Positions 34,041 to 43,841 are shown, counted from the stretch's first letter. The stretch is DNA of 64,000 bases from Kofleriaceae bacterium (GCA_046597055.1 JBKJLC010000084.1:28774-92773); one strand, 5' to 3'. The notes: generated by a model not told the origin, from the letters alone. Numbers and translations: made by a program.

Positions 34041-35195
34041 ATGCGGCATAGCTTGGTGGTCGTGATGACGGGCGCGGCGCTCGCTGGCGCGTCCTGCTCG
34101 TCCCGTGCGGCGCAGGTCCCCCTCGCCCCCCCGGTCGAGGCGGCGCCCGACACGGCGGCACTCGACACCTTCTTCGCGACCCAGTTCCCTGCTGACGAAC
34201 CTGGGGGGGCGGTGCTTGTCGCCAAGCAGGGCAAGGTCGTCTTCGCACGCGGGTACGGCCTCGCCGACCTGGTCACCCGCGAGCCGGTGACCACGCGAAC
34301 GCTGTTCAACCTCGGTTCGCTGTCGAAGACATTCGTTGCGAACGCGCTACTCATCTTGCAGGAGCGCGGCCGGCTCTCGGTCGATGACCCGCTCGCAAAG
34401 TACTTCCCCGATTTCAAGCATCCCGATCTAGCCCGCAAGATCCAGATCCGACATCTCCTGACCCATACCTCCGGCCTCCCGGACAACCGTGAGGTCGCGG
34501 CGAATCGCGAGTTCTATCTCACGGCCAAGGACGCTGAGAACTGGGCCCCGGTCACCCAGGCCGATGCGCTCGAGTTCGAACCCGGGAGTCGCTTTGCCTA
34601 CTCCAATCCCGCGTTCGACGCGCTGGCGCTGATCGTCGAGCAAGTGAGCGGCAAGCCCTGGCAGGTGTTCGTCCGTGACGAAATCTTCCTCCCTGCTGGC
34701 ATGCCGACCAGCACGATCACCGATGGACCTCATCCAGCGACCGGCGTGGCCCACGGCTACTACCGGGCGGGCGATCGATGGCTGGAGCTCGACTACGGCG
34801 AAACCCCGACCTTCGCGGCCGCTGGCAATGGTGGCGTGTGGAGCTCGGTGGAGGAGCTGGCCCGATACGAGTGGGCGCTCGAGCACGCCACGTTCCTGCG
34901 ACCGACCACGGTCGCCGATTCACGAGCCGTCAAGACCTTCGCCGGCTGGACGAGCGACGTGCCGCCGCAGGTCGGCTGGTCGTGGTTCGTCAAGGCTGTC
35001 GGCGAGCTCCGGACAGTCGGCCACACAGGTTCGCAGGGCGGATTTCAGACCAACTACTTCGTCGTCCCCGACAAGGACGTCCTCGTGGTCTTTCTGACCA
35101 ACTCGCCGCGTGATTTCGACGGGATCACGAACGAGCTCCAGCGTTGGCTGACCGCGGCGAACTGGCTCGATGCCGACGCCGTCGGGAAGCAGTGA
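34041..35195 (+). CDS. serine hydrolase (beta-lactamase class C/PBP-like), probable lipoprotein
   Basis: SLSK (SxxK), LLTHTSGL, YSN, HTG. N-terminal hydrophobic stretch ending GASC. Confidence 0.9.
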   Translation: MRHSLVVVMTGAALAGASCSSRAAQVPLAPPVEAAPDTAALDTFFATQFPADEPGGAVLVAKQGKVVFARGYGLADLVTREPVTTRTLFNLGSLSKTFVANALLILQERGRLSVDDPLAKYFPDFKHPDLARKIQIRHLLTHTSGLPDNREVAANREFYLTAKDAENWAPVTQADALEFEPGSRFAYSNPAFDALALIVEQVSGKPWQVFVRDEIFLPAGMPTSTITDGPHPATGVAHGYYRAGDRWLELDYGETPTFAAAGNGGVWSSVEELARYEWALEHATFLRPTTVADSRAVKTFAGWTSDVPPQVGWSWFVKAVGELRTVGHTGSQGGFQTNYFVVPDKDVLVVFLTNSPRDFDGITNELQRWLTAANWLDADAVGKQ

Positions 35196-35198
35196 CGA

Positions 35199-35414
35199 TC
35201 ACCGCTTCTTGTACGTGAACATGATCGTGTTCTGCTTGATGTCGAGGAACACGTCGGGGCCGACCACGCGGACGCTGTACTCGTTGTCGAAGCTGGTGGT
35301 GCCGCCGCAGGTGACCGTGCGCACGAGGCGCTGGTTGGCGGCGGCATACGAGAAGGTCCGCGGCACCGGCGTCGGCGGCGTGCCGGTGAGCGTCAGTTGC
35401 TCGTAGACGTTGAG
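35199..35414 (-). pseudogene. start-less 3' gene remnant (71 codons)
   Basis: Reads LNVYEQLTLTGTPPTPVPRTFSY...IMFTYKKR* with almost all codons ending in G/C. An in-frame TAA sits directly upstream and there is no start codon at the 5' end. Confidence 0.6.
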
Positions 35415-35481
35415 TTAACACGGCGGCCGGGCTCGATCAATGCGCCCGGATCGTCGCGCGCCCCGTGGTACACGCCGGTCG

Positions 35482-36003
35482 ATGCTCCGGTTCTCGTACG
35501 CCACCCGCGCCGATGTGCCCGCGGTCGTTGCCCTGGTCGAGCGGGCTTACCGCGGCGAGGCCAGCCGCGCCGGCTGGACCACCGAGGCCGATCTGCTCGA
35601 CGGCCAGCGCACCGACCCGGACGAGGTCGCCACGCTGATCGATCGCGCCGACGCGCGCATCGTCCTGGCCCACGACGGCGATGACCTGGTTGGCTCGGTC
35701 CTGGTGAAGGTTGCGCCAGAGGCCGGGTACCTCGGGATGTTCGCGGTCGAGCCCACCCGGCAGCGCGGGGGGCTCGGCCGCGCGCTGCTCGCCGAGGCCG
35801 AGCGCGTGCTGCGCGAGGACCTCGCCTGCGCGAGCGCCCGCATGACCGTGATCGTACAGCGCACCGAGCTGATCGGCTGGTACCAGCGCCGCGGCTGGCA
35901 GGTCACCGGCGAGCGGGAGCCGTTCCCCTACGGCCAGCTGCGCGCAGGTCAGCCGCGTCGCGACGACCTCGCGTTCGTCGTGCTCGCCAAGCCGCTCGCC
36001 TGA
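35482..36003 (+). CDS. GNAT family N-acetyltransferase
   Basis: GMFAVEPTRQRGGLGRALL acetyl-CoA motif, WYQRRGW. Confidence 0.9.
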   Translation: MLRFSYATRADVPAVVALVERAYRGEASRAGWTTEADLLDGQRTDPDEVATLIDRADARIVLAHDGDDLVGSVLVKVAPEAGYLGMFAVEPTRQRGGLGRALLAEAERVLREDLACASARMTVIVQRTELIGWYQRRGWQVTGEREPFPYGQLRAGQPRRDDLAFVVLAKPLA

Positions 36004-36067
36004 ACGCGCGCACCGGCGACCCGCCGCGGCGCGATCCTGCGGCAGGCCCGGCGGGGGCGCCGGCCGG

Positions 36068-37408
36068 TCAGCGTCGCGCGGCCACCGCGGCGTCGAGAGC
36101 CTCGGCGGTGGTGCCGGCCGCCTTGCAGGCGTCGGCCCAGGTCGCGAGGGTCGCGGGGTACAGGTGGTCGCGGACGGCGTCGAGGCCGACCTGCTCGACC
36201 GCGACCGTGACCAGCAGGCCGCCGAGCGGATAGGTATCGGCTTCGCGTCGCCCGCGGAACTCCGTCATCGGCAGCAGCGTGGCCGCGGTCGGGCGCTCGT
36301 CGAGTCGCCGGGCCCAGTCGGCGAGCGAGACGCCGCCGTAGCCACCCGCTGCCCACACCGCGACGCCCTCGCCGATCAGCGCCGACCCCGCGGGCCCCCA
36401 GCGCAGGCCGGCGATGACGTGGGATCCCTCGTGGGCGACCAGGCGCTCGAGGCTGCCCTGCGCCGGGTCGACGCGGATCACGTGGAGTGCGCTGGCCAGC
36501 GCCAGCGCGTGGCCGTCGCCGCCATCGCCGGTGAGCGAGGTCTTGCTGCGACGGTCCGGATACACGTACGCCGTGATCGGTGGGATCGCCGCGACCTGCA
36601 GGCGGGCGGCGGCGACGGCGAGCCCCCGCACCACGGCTTCGACCACGGCGGCCTCGTCGGCCGCCGCTGGCACCTGGGCCGGGAAGCCGACCCGCATGGA
36701 GACGCCGGCGACCTCGCGCTCGACGAACCGCCACGGGATGCGTCGGGCCTGCGGTCCGAGCGCGGCGGTCGTGGTGCCGTCGGCGCGTCGCAGCCAGGTG
36801 CCGGTCTGCAGTCGCCCGTGGGCGTCGGCGATCAGCACCGAGTCGCCGCCGTGGCGGACGCTGTTGATCTCGACCACGCCCGGGGTGCCGGTGGCGGCGT
36901 ACAGCACGAACGCGGGGTGCGACGCGCCGGCGGGGATCGCCGCGATGACGACGGCCGCGCCCCGGTAGGTCTCGCCACCGACGGAGATCTGCTCGGCGCC
37001 CGGCTGCACGGGCAGGGTGGGGCCGAGCGCCGCGATGACGGCGTTGACGTGCGCGCCGCCATAGAGCACCGGCCGCGGCGGCCACGCCGACGGACCGGCG
37101 GCGACATCGATCGAGGTGTCGAGCACGACCGTCGCGCCCGGGAACAACCCGCGGATCAGCTCGGCCTGGGCCGCGATCATGCGGTCGGTCGCGGCATCGC
37201 CGAGCGTTCCGAGCACGAACGTGGGTGGCCCCTGCCCGAGCAGCTGGTCGGGCGTGAGGTTGGCGCTCGCCTCGCTCTCGGGTCCGGCCGGGGCGGTGGC
37301 GACCGGGCTCGCCGCATCCTTCGCGGTCGGCGCCGGTGCACCCGGGCTGCCCCGGCCACACCCGAGCATCGCCATCACCACCGCCAGCACGGGTCCGGTT
37401 CGCGTCAC
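36068..37408 (-). CDS. lipoprotein with gluzincin-like (peptidase MA) C-terminal domain
   Basis: Lipobox MLGC, HEGSH followed by EGVA. Start GTG 37408 after TACGCT. Confidence 0.7.
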   Translation of the reverse strand: MTRTGPVLAVVMAMLGCGRGSPGAPAPTAKDAASPVATAPAGPESEASANLTPDQLLGQGPPTFVLGTLGDAATDRMIAAQAELIRGLFPGATVVLDTSIDVAAGPSAWPPRPVLYGGAHVNAVIAALGPTLPVQPGAEQISVGGETYRGAAVVIAAIPAGASHPAFVLYAATGTPGVVEINSVRHGGDSVLIADAHGRLQTGTWLRRADGTTTAALGPQARRIPWRFVEREVAGVSMRVGFPAQVPAAADEAAVVEAVVRGLAVAAARLQVAAIPPITAYVYPDRRSKTSLTGDGGDGHALALASALHVIRVDPAQGSLERLVAHEGSHVIAGLRWGPAGSALIGEGVAVWAAGGYGGVSLADWARRLDERPTAATLLPMTEFRGRREADTYPLGGLLVTVAVEQVGLDAVRDHLYPATLATWADACKAAGTTAEALDAAVAARR

Positions 37409-37516
37409 CCGACGAGCGTACTGGCTCCGGCGTCGGCCCGGCGCGAGCCGCGCCACCAAACCCCTGCGCGCCAGCGGGCCGGTGGGCTCGATCGATGACG
37501 GGCAATCGCAGCGTGG

Positions 37517-38044
37517 CTACGATTTCAGCGCCTGCTCGGTCTTCGCGATCAGCGCGGCGGTCGCCTTGATGGGCGCGACGTTCTCGTTCGCGGTGACGCG
37601 CTTGCCCTCGACGGTGCCGCCGACCGCCACCAGGTACTCGGCCCCGACCTGGGTGTGCGCGGGCTTGAGCTCCGGCTTGCCCGCGACGAGCGCGGGCGAG
37701 GCGCCAACGATCAGATGATGGACGACGAACGTCGGACCCGTGATGTCGCCGCGCAGGACGCGCCCGACCTGGTACGTGAGGGCCTGGGTCGCGGCCGCGT
37801 AGCCGCTGAAGGACGCCGGCGGGGGCCCGACGCTGACCAGGGTGCCGACGAACACGGCGTCGGCCGCCTTCACCTGGGCGAGGAACCGCGACTCGTCGGA
37901 TCCGATCTGCAGGGCATCGAGGGGATTCATGGGGGCGGCATCCTTGGCCGAGGTCGTGGTGACGGGGCCGCTGGGCGCGTCGGTCGCGCGCGAGCAGGCG
38001 CCGAGCAGGCTGGCAACGACGACGAGCAGGCTGAGGTGGTGCAT
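37517..38044 (-). CDS. lipoprotein with TIMP-like/NTR OB-fold pattern
   Basis: Lipobox LLGAC. ADAVFVGTLV...YQVGRVLRG...GAEYLVA matches the strand pattern of bacterial TIMP-like domains by eye. Confidence 0.6.
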   Translation of the reverse strand: MHHLSLLVVVASLLGACSRATDAPSGPVTTTSAKDAAPMNPLDALQIGSDESRFLAQVKAADAVFVGTLVSVGPPPASFSGYAAATQALTYQVGRVLRGDITGPTFVVHHLIVGASPALVAGKPELKPAHTQVGAEYLVAVGGTVEGKRVTANENVAPIKATAALIAKTEQALKS

Positions 38045-38049
38045 GGGGC

Positions 38050-38517
38050 TCAGTGGGGGCGAGCGTCGTCGAAGCCGCGCTCGCGATTGTAGGCGTTCTC
38101 CTGGTCGATCGCCGCGCTGTGCGCCGGCGTGAACCGGGCGGTGAACGCGGCATCGTTGGCGGCCCGCGCCGCCGTCCAGGTGTTCACCCGGTTGACGAAG
38201 GTGGTGGCCGCGATGGTCTCGGCGGCGGTGAGCGGCGGCACCACCGCGGTCCCGGCGAGCGCGGCCTGGACCCGCGCCGGCAGCGCGGCCTGGTCCGCGA
38301 CCAGCTGGAGCCGCTGGGTCTCGAGCGCGGTCTGTTGCGCCGCGATCGCGGTGATATCGGTCGCCTGGTGGGTCGCGTCGTAGCGTCGCTCGTGCAGGAG
38401 GTGCGCGTACCCCGACTCCTGCGACTGCGGGTGCGTGGTGGTGCCGGCCGCGGGTACGGCCGCCTCGGGCGAGACCGCCCCGCAAGAGTAACTCTGGGGT
38501 TGCCGCCCCTTGCCCAT
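38050..38517 (-). pseudogene. probable decayed C-terminus of an M91/NleD-like metallopeptidase effector
   Basis: QESGY where HExxH is expected, C-terminal AIDQENAYNRERG..R. The 5' end abuts a hydrolase remnant. Confidence 0.4.
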
Positions 38518-38664
38518 GTGAGGTGCTTCCCGAACCATGCGAGCGGCTTCGCGCCACGCCGCCCGGGCGGCGGCCGGGTCGTAGCGTTCGCGGGTGTCGT
38601 TGTGGAACGCGTGCTGCGGGCCGGGGTAGACGATCGAGCGGAACGTCTTGCCGTGCTGCTGGTA
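38518..38664 (-). pseudogene. dienelactone hydrolase C-terminal remnant
   Basis: YQQHGKTFRSIVYPGPQHAFHNDTRERYDPAAARAAWREA then, after a 1-nt shift, LAWFGKHL. No N-terminal part is present. Confidence 0.75.
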
Positions 38665-38700
38665 CGAGCTACGCGGTGCCGCCGTCGCGCGCGGATGGAG

Positions 38701-39483
38701 CTACTTGCAGACCTTGCCGGCCTTCAGCGCGTCGGTCGCGAACGCCGCCCAGTCGGGTATCGCGCCGAGCTCCCAGACCAGCATGCCGACCGCGCGCAGC
38801 CCACGTCCGGCGTCCGGGGTGAACACGAGCTCGAAGGCCGCGTCGTACTCGCCGGCGCCCGGCGACTGACAGAGCGCGTACGCGAACGCCTGGCCGCCGG
38901 TGCGCGCGCCGCCGCCTTCGTCGCCACCGCTGCCGCCGAAGTGCGGGTCGGGCGTCGCGACGAACTGGTTGGCGCACCGGATCACGTGGCTCCGCTCTCC
39001 CGGTGGTGTCTCGGCTTCGCGCTCGCTCGAGCGGGTCTGCTCCATGACCAGCTCCTTGGCGTAGCGGAGCAGCGCGGCGGCCGCCGGCTTCCCGCAGTGC
39101 TGCTTCTTCACCTCCACCCCCGGTCCCTCACCGGCCCCCGGCAGGATGCGGTGCTCGACGAAGCCGCGCGCCGGATCGATCAGCTGCGCCGCTGGCACCG
39201 TGCCGTCCGCGATCGCGACGATGAGCGCCTCGGTCGCCACCTCGGGCGGCTCGCCGGGAGCGCCCAGGCCGGTCTTGCGGCCCGCCCGCAGCGCCGCCTC
39301 GGGATCGGCCGCGACCGCGTCGACCGGGGCTGCCGCGTCGATGCTCGGCGCGGCCGCATCGATCACCGGCCCGCCGGTCGACGGCGTCGACGTGCCGGTG
39401 GTCACCGCGGGCGTCCCCGACCGCTCCGACTTGCAGCCCACGAGCGTCAGCACGACCACGCCCAGCGCGAACAGCGATCTCAT
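38701..39483 (-). CDS. hypothetical lipoprotein
   Basis: MRSLFALGVVVLTLVGC lipobox, low-complexity DAA linker, Cys-containing domain. Confidence 0.75.
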   Translation of the reverse strand: MRSLFALGVVVLTLVGCKSERSGTPAVTTGTSTPSTGGPVIDAAAPSIDAAAPVDAVAADPEAALRAGRKTGLGAPGEPPEVATEALIVAIADGTVPAAQLIDPARGFVEHRILPGAGEGPGVEVKKQHCGKPAAAALLRYAKELVMEQTRSSEREAETPPGERSHVIRCANQFVATPDPHFGGSGGDEGGGARTGGQAFAYALCQSPGAGEYDAAFELVFTPDAGRGLRAVGMLVWELGAIPDWAAFATDALKAGKVCK

Positions 39484-39875
39484 CGCGCGACGATACCTCC
39501 GGTCGGGCGACAGAAGCATGTGCCGGACCGACCGAGCGTCCGGTCCGCCTGGCGCCGGCAGTTGCCTCGGCGACGGGCGGGTTCGTCGACTACCTGGTCG
39601 CGCGGGGTGGGCTTGGCTTTGCCCTCGCGGCGGTCATCGCGCGCCTCGGCGTCGGCGGCGTGTCCGCCGACCGGACAGCGCGACGGCGGGCCCCCGCCCG
39701 TAGCCCGAGCGCGCTCGCGAGCTGGCAGTCGCTCAGGCGCGTCAGCGGCTGTCATCGAGCGATGCGACACCCCTCGCCGGTCTGGGAGACGCCGTAGACG
39801 TACGCGTCGTTCCCCATCGTTGCGTGCGAGTGCAACATCGCGGCGACTGACCCGTGATGGGGTCATGGCAGTGAG

Positions 39876-40790
39876 TCAGCCGTCGGCGAGCACTCGCTCG
39901 ATGCTCAGCTCCAGCGTATCGGTGACGCGCCGCAGCAAGCTCTCGATGCTCGCGGGCGACATGCCGTGCGCGGCGGCGAGTTGGGCACGCAGTCCCTCGG
40001 CCAGGTTCAGGCGCGCCTGCACCAACCAGCGCGACGCCGTGGCTCGGTGCACGTCGTGCAGCGCCGCCAGATCATCGATGGTCAGACCATCGAGCACGTG
40101 CTGCCTCAGCAGCGTGCGCGTCGCTGGCGGCAGCTCCGAGACGGCATCGTTGAAAGCCTGCTTGAGCAGCGCGCCGTGCTGTGCGCGCACGAGTGCGAGT
40201 TCGGGGCTGGCGGCCGCGTCGGCGAAGACGTCCTCGACGGTCAGGCCGCCGGCAACCTCGTGGCCGGCTCGCGCCGCCGCCGCGCGCCGGTTGTCGACCG
40301 CCGTGCGTGCGGCGATCACGTGCAACCACGGCTGGATGTCGCGATGGCCGGTGTAGTCCGCGATCCGCGGGTGGCCGTCGGCGCTGTGGTCGCCGCCGCC
40401 CGTGCCCAAGAAGATCTTGCAACGGACCAGTTGTTCGACTTCGTCGCGCTCGCCCACGGGCAGCATGCGCGCGAGCACGGCGCGCAGAACTCCGAAATAG
40501 ACGCGCTCGAATACCTTCGGCGCCTGGGCGTCGCCGGCGAGGATCGCGGCGGCGAGGTGCAAAGGGCCGGCGCGCAGCCCCGCGAGCGCAAAGGGGTCGG
40601 CGCCGCCCGCGCCCACGCGCGCTGCCACGTGCGAGAGGAAGGCAATGGGCTCGAGCTCGACCTCTGGGAACTCCGAACGCGCGCGCGCGATCAGTGAATC
40701 CAGCCGATCCGCAAGGTCATCCGGTGGCGCCGCCGCACCCGCACCGAGGCCAGCGACGAACGCATCGCTCGTCGCCTTGGGCGCCACCAC
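39876..40790 (-). CDS. myxobacterial-type sigma-70/ECF family factor
   Basis: ARSEFPEVEL..F N-terminus, RIADYTG...WL.V.A.R region 2, LLRQHVLDGLTIDDLAALHDVHRATASRWL HTH. Confidence 0.82.
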   Translation of the reverse strand: MVAPKATSDAFVAGLGAGAAAPPDDLADRLDSLIARARSEFPEVELEPIAFLSHVAARVGAGGADPFALAGLRAGPLHLAAAILAGDAQAPKVFERVYFGVLRAVLARMLPVGERDEVEQLVRCKIFLGTGGGDHSADGHPRIADYTGHRDIQPWLHVIAARTAVDNRRAAAARAGHEVAGGLTVEDVFADAAASPELALVRAQHGALLKQAFNDAVSELPPATRTLLRQHVLDGLTIDDLAALHDVHRATASRWLVQARLNLAEGLRAQLAAAHGMSPASIESLLRRVTDTLELSIERVLADG

Positions 40791-40795
40791 ACAGC

Positions 40796-40805
40796 ATCGT
40801 ATACT
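40796..40805. promoter_or_regulatory. overlapping divergent -10-like boxes of the sigma factor and kinase genes
   Basis: TACGAT on the minus strand (40796-40801) and TATACT on the plus strand (40800-40805), in a 29-bp intergenic gap. Confidence 0.5.
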
Positions 40806-40819
40806 GCAAAGCGCCCGCC

Positions 40820-43600
40820 GTGAAGTGCCTCGCCGATGAAGACCTGCTCGATTGGGTCGCCGGCCTGCGGCCCGCGGCGGCGTCGCCAGACCCGCTCCAC
40901 CTGGATGCTTGCGAGGCGTGTCGGATGCTGGTCTCGCTCGCCGTGCGCGGCGGCCTGCCCGCCAATCTGGCCATCGCGCGGCCGCGCGCGGGCCGCTTCG
41001 AGCTCGAGGCGCTGCTCGGCATGGGCGCGGCGGGTGAGGTCTATCGCGCGCACGATCCCCGGCTTGACCGCGCGGTTGCGCTCAAGATCGTCCGCGCCGA
41101 TCGCGATCGCCCCGAGGCGCGGTCGCGGCTGCTCGCCGAGGCCCGCGCCCAAGCCCAGGTGAACCATCCCAACGTCGTCGTCGTCTATGAGGCGGGTGAG
41201 CTGGACGACGACGTCTATCTCGCGATGCCACTCGATCGCGCCGAGAGCCTTCGGGTGTTCCTCAGCCGCCGGCGCGCCACGGGTCCGGTCAGTGCGTGGT
41301 GGATCGCCGAGCTCTTTGCACAGGCCGCACGCGGGCTCGCCGCGGTGCACGCGGTCGGGCTCGTCCACCGCGACATCAAGCCAGACAACTTGCTCGTGGG
41401 CGCCGACGGTGTCGTGCGGGTCGCAGACTTCGGGCTCGCCAAGCGTCCGGTGTCAGCTAACTCGCTCACCAGCACGGCAGGTACACCGTCCTATATGGCG
41501 CCCGAGCAGCATGCCCGCGAGACGCTCGATGGCCGGGCGGACCAGTATTCCCTGTGCGTGGCGCTGTGGGAGGCCCTCTTCTGCGAGTTGCCGTTCGCGG
41601 CTTCGGACCGCAGGCCGCTCGTGGACGCCAAGCGCCAGGGGCCCCCGCCCCGCCCGCCGCGCCGGCCACGCTTGCCCGGACCATTGGCGGCCGTGCTCAC
41701 GCGCGGGCTCGCGCCCCAGGCCACGAACCGGTACCCCGACGCGCAGGCGCTGGCGCTGGCGCTGACGCGTCCCACCCGCATGCGTTCGGGCGCCGCGTTG
41801 GCCGCGGCCCTGGGCGTCTGCGTGGTCGCGTTCGCCGCCCTGCGCCCGGGCCGGGCTCGGCTGGAGCCCGCTGCGGCCTGCGTGGCCGCGCTCGCCATCG
41901 ACCGCGTCGCCGCGTCGCCGGGGCGACTCGCCTTCTCGACGCGGCTACGGGGGAGTGGAACGGCGAGCAGCATCCAGCACGTCGAGGCGAACCTCGCCAG
42001 GACGCTGACCGCCCTCTCGGCCCAGGCCACGCAGGCCTGCCGCGCCACGCACGTGGCGCACACGCAGTCGCCCGCACTGCTCGACGCGCGCGTGGCTTGC
42101 TTGACGCGCCAACGGGACGACCTGGTGGCGCTGCTCGAGCTGTTCGCGCGCGCGGACGGGCTCGACCTCTGGCGTGCCGGCGACGCGCTGGCCGACGTCG
42201 CCGATCCCGGGCAGTGCACCGACGCCGCCGGGCTCGACCAGATGGATCCCCCGCCCACCGAGGCCGCTCGACGTCAAAAGCTCGACCAGCTCAGCCGCGG
42301 CCTGGCTGCTGTGCGCGCGCTCTCGCTCGCGTCGCGCGCCCGTGAGGTGGTCGAGCTCGGCGGTCGCCTTCTGCCCGAGTTGCGCGAATTTGGCTACCGC
42401 CCGCTGCTGGCAGAGCTTCTGTCGGTGCTGGGCGATGCCCGTATGAAGATCGATGATCGCGCGGGCGCGGCTACCGATCTCCGCGAGGCGCTCGCGCTGG
42501 CCGACGCCAGCCGTGCGGATCGTCTCCGTGGCACGGTGGCGCTCACGTTGTGCGGTTTCCTCTCGGAAGATCCTGCGCACATCGACGAAGCGATCGCCTT
42601 CGCCGACCAGGCCGCCGCCGCCTCGGCTCGACTCGGCGGCGACGCCACCGTCGACGCGCTGCGCCTCGAAGCCTTGGGCATGGTCTACTTCAAGAATGGC
42701 CGCTACGCCGAGGCGGTGGTCATGTTGCGCCAGGCCGTCTCACGGGCTCGCGCCCTCTGGGGCGACGGCGCCAGTGTCGCCGACTTCATGTCCAACCTCG
42801 GGGCGGCCCTGGCCACGAGCGGCGCCCTCGCCGAGGCGCGCACGGTGCTCGAGCAGAGCGTGGCGCTGCGCGAAGTGGCGCAGGGCGCGGACCACCCCGA
42901 CGTCGGCATCGCCTTGGTCAGCCTCGCACCCCTCGTCGCCAACGCTGGCGACGGCCTCGGCGCGATTGCCATGCTGGAGCGGGCGCGCGCGCTGCTCGCA
43001 CGCGCGTACGGGCCACGATCGGTCAGCGTCGCGGGCGTCCTGAGCAGCCTGGCTGCCGTCGAGTCCGGCATGGAACGGGACGCCGAAGCGCTCGCCTACG
43101 GTCGTGAAGCCTTGGCGGTGCTCGAGGAGCGCCTCGTGCCCGGCGATGCCAACCTGGCGATGGCCAGGGTGCGAGTCGCGGAGTCGCTCCTCAACCTGGG
43201 GCGTTTCGCCGAGGCTGAACCGCTGGTTTCGCAGGCCCGCGCGGCGCAGGAGGCAGCGCTCGGCCTTGAGCACGTGGCGTTGGCCCGGGCGGTCTTTCTG
43301 GCCGGCGTCATCGCGCTCGAGCGCGGACATCCAGCCGAGGCCGCCCCGCTGCTCGCGCGCGCCGCGGCGATGCAGGAGCGATCGGGCGCCACGCCCAGTG
43401 CGCGTGCGGACGGCGAGGAGTCGCTGGCTTACGCGTTGTGGGCGAGCGGTCGGCACGCCGAGGCCACGTCGCAACTACAGCGCGCCTGCGCCATGGCCGC
43501 CGCCGCGGGCGATTTCGGCGAGGTCAAGCGACGGCAGCTCAACGCGTGGGCACGCACCCATCGTACGGCTGGCTGCCCGAAGCCGGATTCACATCGTTGA
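40820..43600 (+). CDS. Ser/Thr kinase with N-terminal zf-HC2-like motif, TM segment and TPR repeats
   Basis: HLDACEAC, GMGAAGEV, VALK, HRDIKPDN, DFG, GTPSYMAPE. Shares ACxATHV..QS.ALLD.R..CL with 9968-13036. Confidence 0.9.
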   Translation: MKCLADEDLLDWVAGLRPAAASPDPLHLDACEACRMLVSLAVRGGLPANLAIARPRAGRFELEALLGMGAAGEVYRAHDPRLDRAVALKIVRADRDRPEARSRLLAEARAQAQVNHPNVVVVYEAGELDDDVYLAMPLDRAESLRVFLSRRRATGPVSAWWIAELFAQAARGLAAVHAVGLVHRDIKPDNLLVGADGVVRVADFGLAKRPVSANSLTSTAGTPSYMAPEQHARETLDGRADQYSLCVALWEALFCELPFAASDRRPLVDAKRQGPPPRPPRRPRLPGPLAAVLTRGLAPQATNRYPDAQALALALTRPTRMRSGAALAAALGVCVVAFAALRPGRARLEPAAACVAALAIDRVAASPGRLAFSTRLRGSGTASSIQHVEANLARTLTALSAQATQACRATHVAHTQSPALLDARVACLTRQRDDLVALLELFARADGLDLWRAGDALADVADPGQCTDAAGLDQMDPPPTEAARRQKLDQLSRGLAAVRALSLASRAREVVELGGRLLPELREFGYRPLLAELLSVLGDARMKIDDRAGAATDLREALALADASRADRLRGTVALTLCGFLSEDPAHIDEAIAFADQAAAASARLGGDATVDALRLEALGMVYFKNGRYAEAVVMLRQAVSRARALWGDGASVADFMSNLGAALATSGALAEARTVLEQSVALREVAQGADHPDVGIALVSLAPLVANAGDGLGAIAMLERARALLARAYGPRSVSVAGVLSSLAAVESGMERDAEALAYGREALAVLEERLVPGDANLAMARVRVAESLLNLGRFAEAEPLVSQARAAQEAALGLEHVALARAVFLAGVIALERGHPAEAAPLLARAAAMQERSGATPSARADGEESLAYALWASGRHAEATSQLQRACAMAAAAGDFGEVKRRQLNAWARTHRTAGCPKPDSHR

Positions 43601-43841
43601 CGGCGGCGAGGTTCCTCGCGGCCGGACGTGAGCGCGGGCTGGCCGCGGCCGAACGAGTGCCCGCCGTACATCAGCCGATACGCGCGCGACCGGCTCACCT
43701 CGCGCGGGGTTACCTCGACGCCGTCCGCGATGCGCCCGCGCACCCGGTCGCGGCCGTAGGCCAGTCCGGGATCCGGATCGGCGGGCCGCCATTCCGGGCG
43801 GCGTGGGTGGGCGTCCCGGCCGACGTCCGCTATCGTCACGC

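Noticed and set aside
34041..35195. Antibiotic-resistance beta-lactamase
   Set aside because: The motifs fit the broad serine hydrolase family, and activity cannot be inferred from them.
38050..39483. Lipoprotein, hydrolase remnant and peptidase remnant share one frame, separated only by a TAG (possible readthrough/pyrrolysine)
   Set aside because: The pieces come from unrelated families, the hydrolase tail is itself frameshifted, no pyl genes are visible, and sharing a frame by chance is likely.
39500..39870. Short ORFs and palindromes in the gap before the sigma factor
   Set aside because: Short GC palindromes are expected by chance, and there is no convincing gene.
43600..43840. Protein-like minus-strand segment (GLAYGRDRVRGRIADG...)
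   Set aside because: No recognisable family, and the ORF runs into the kinase gene. Support is insufficient.
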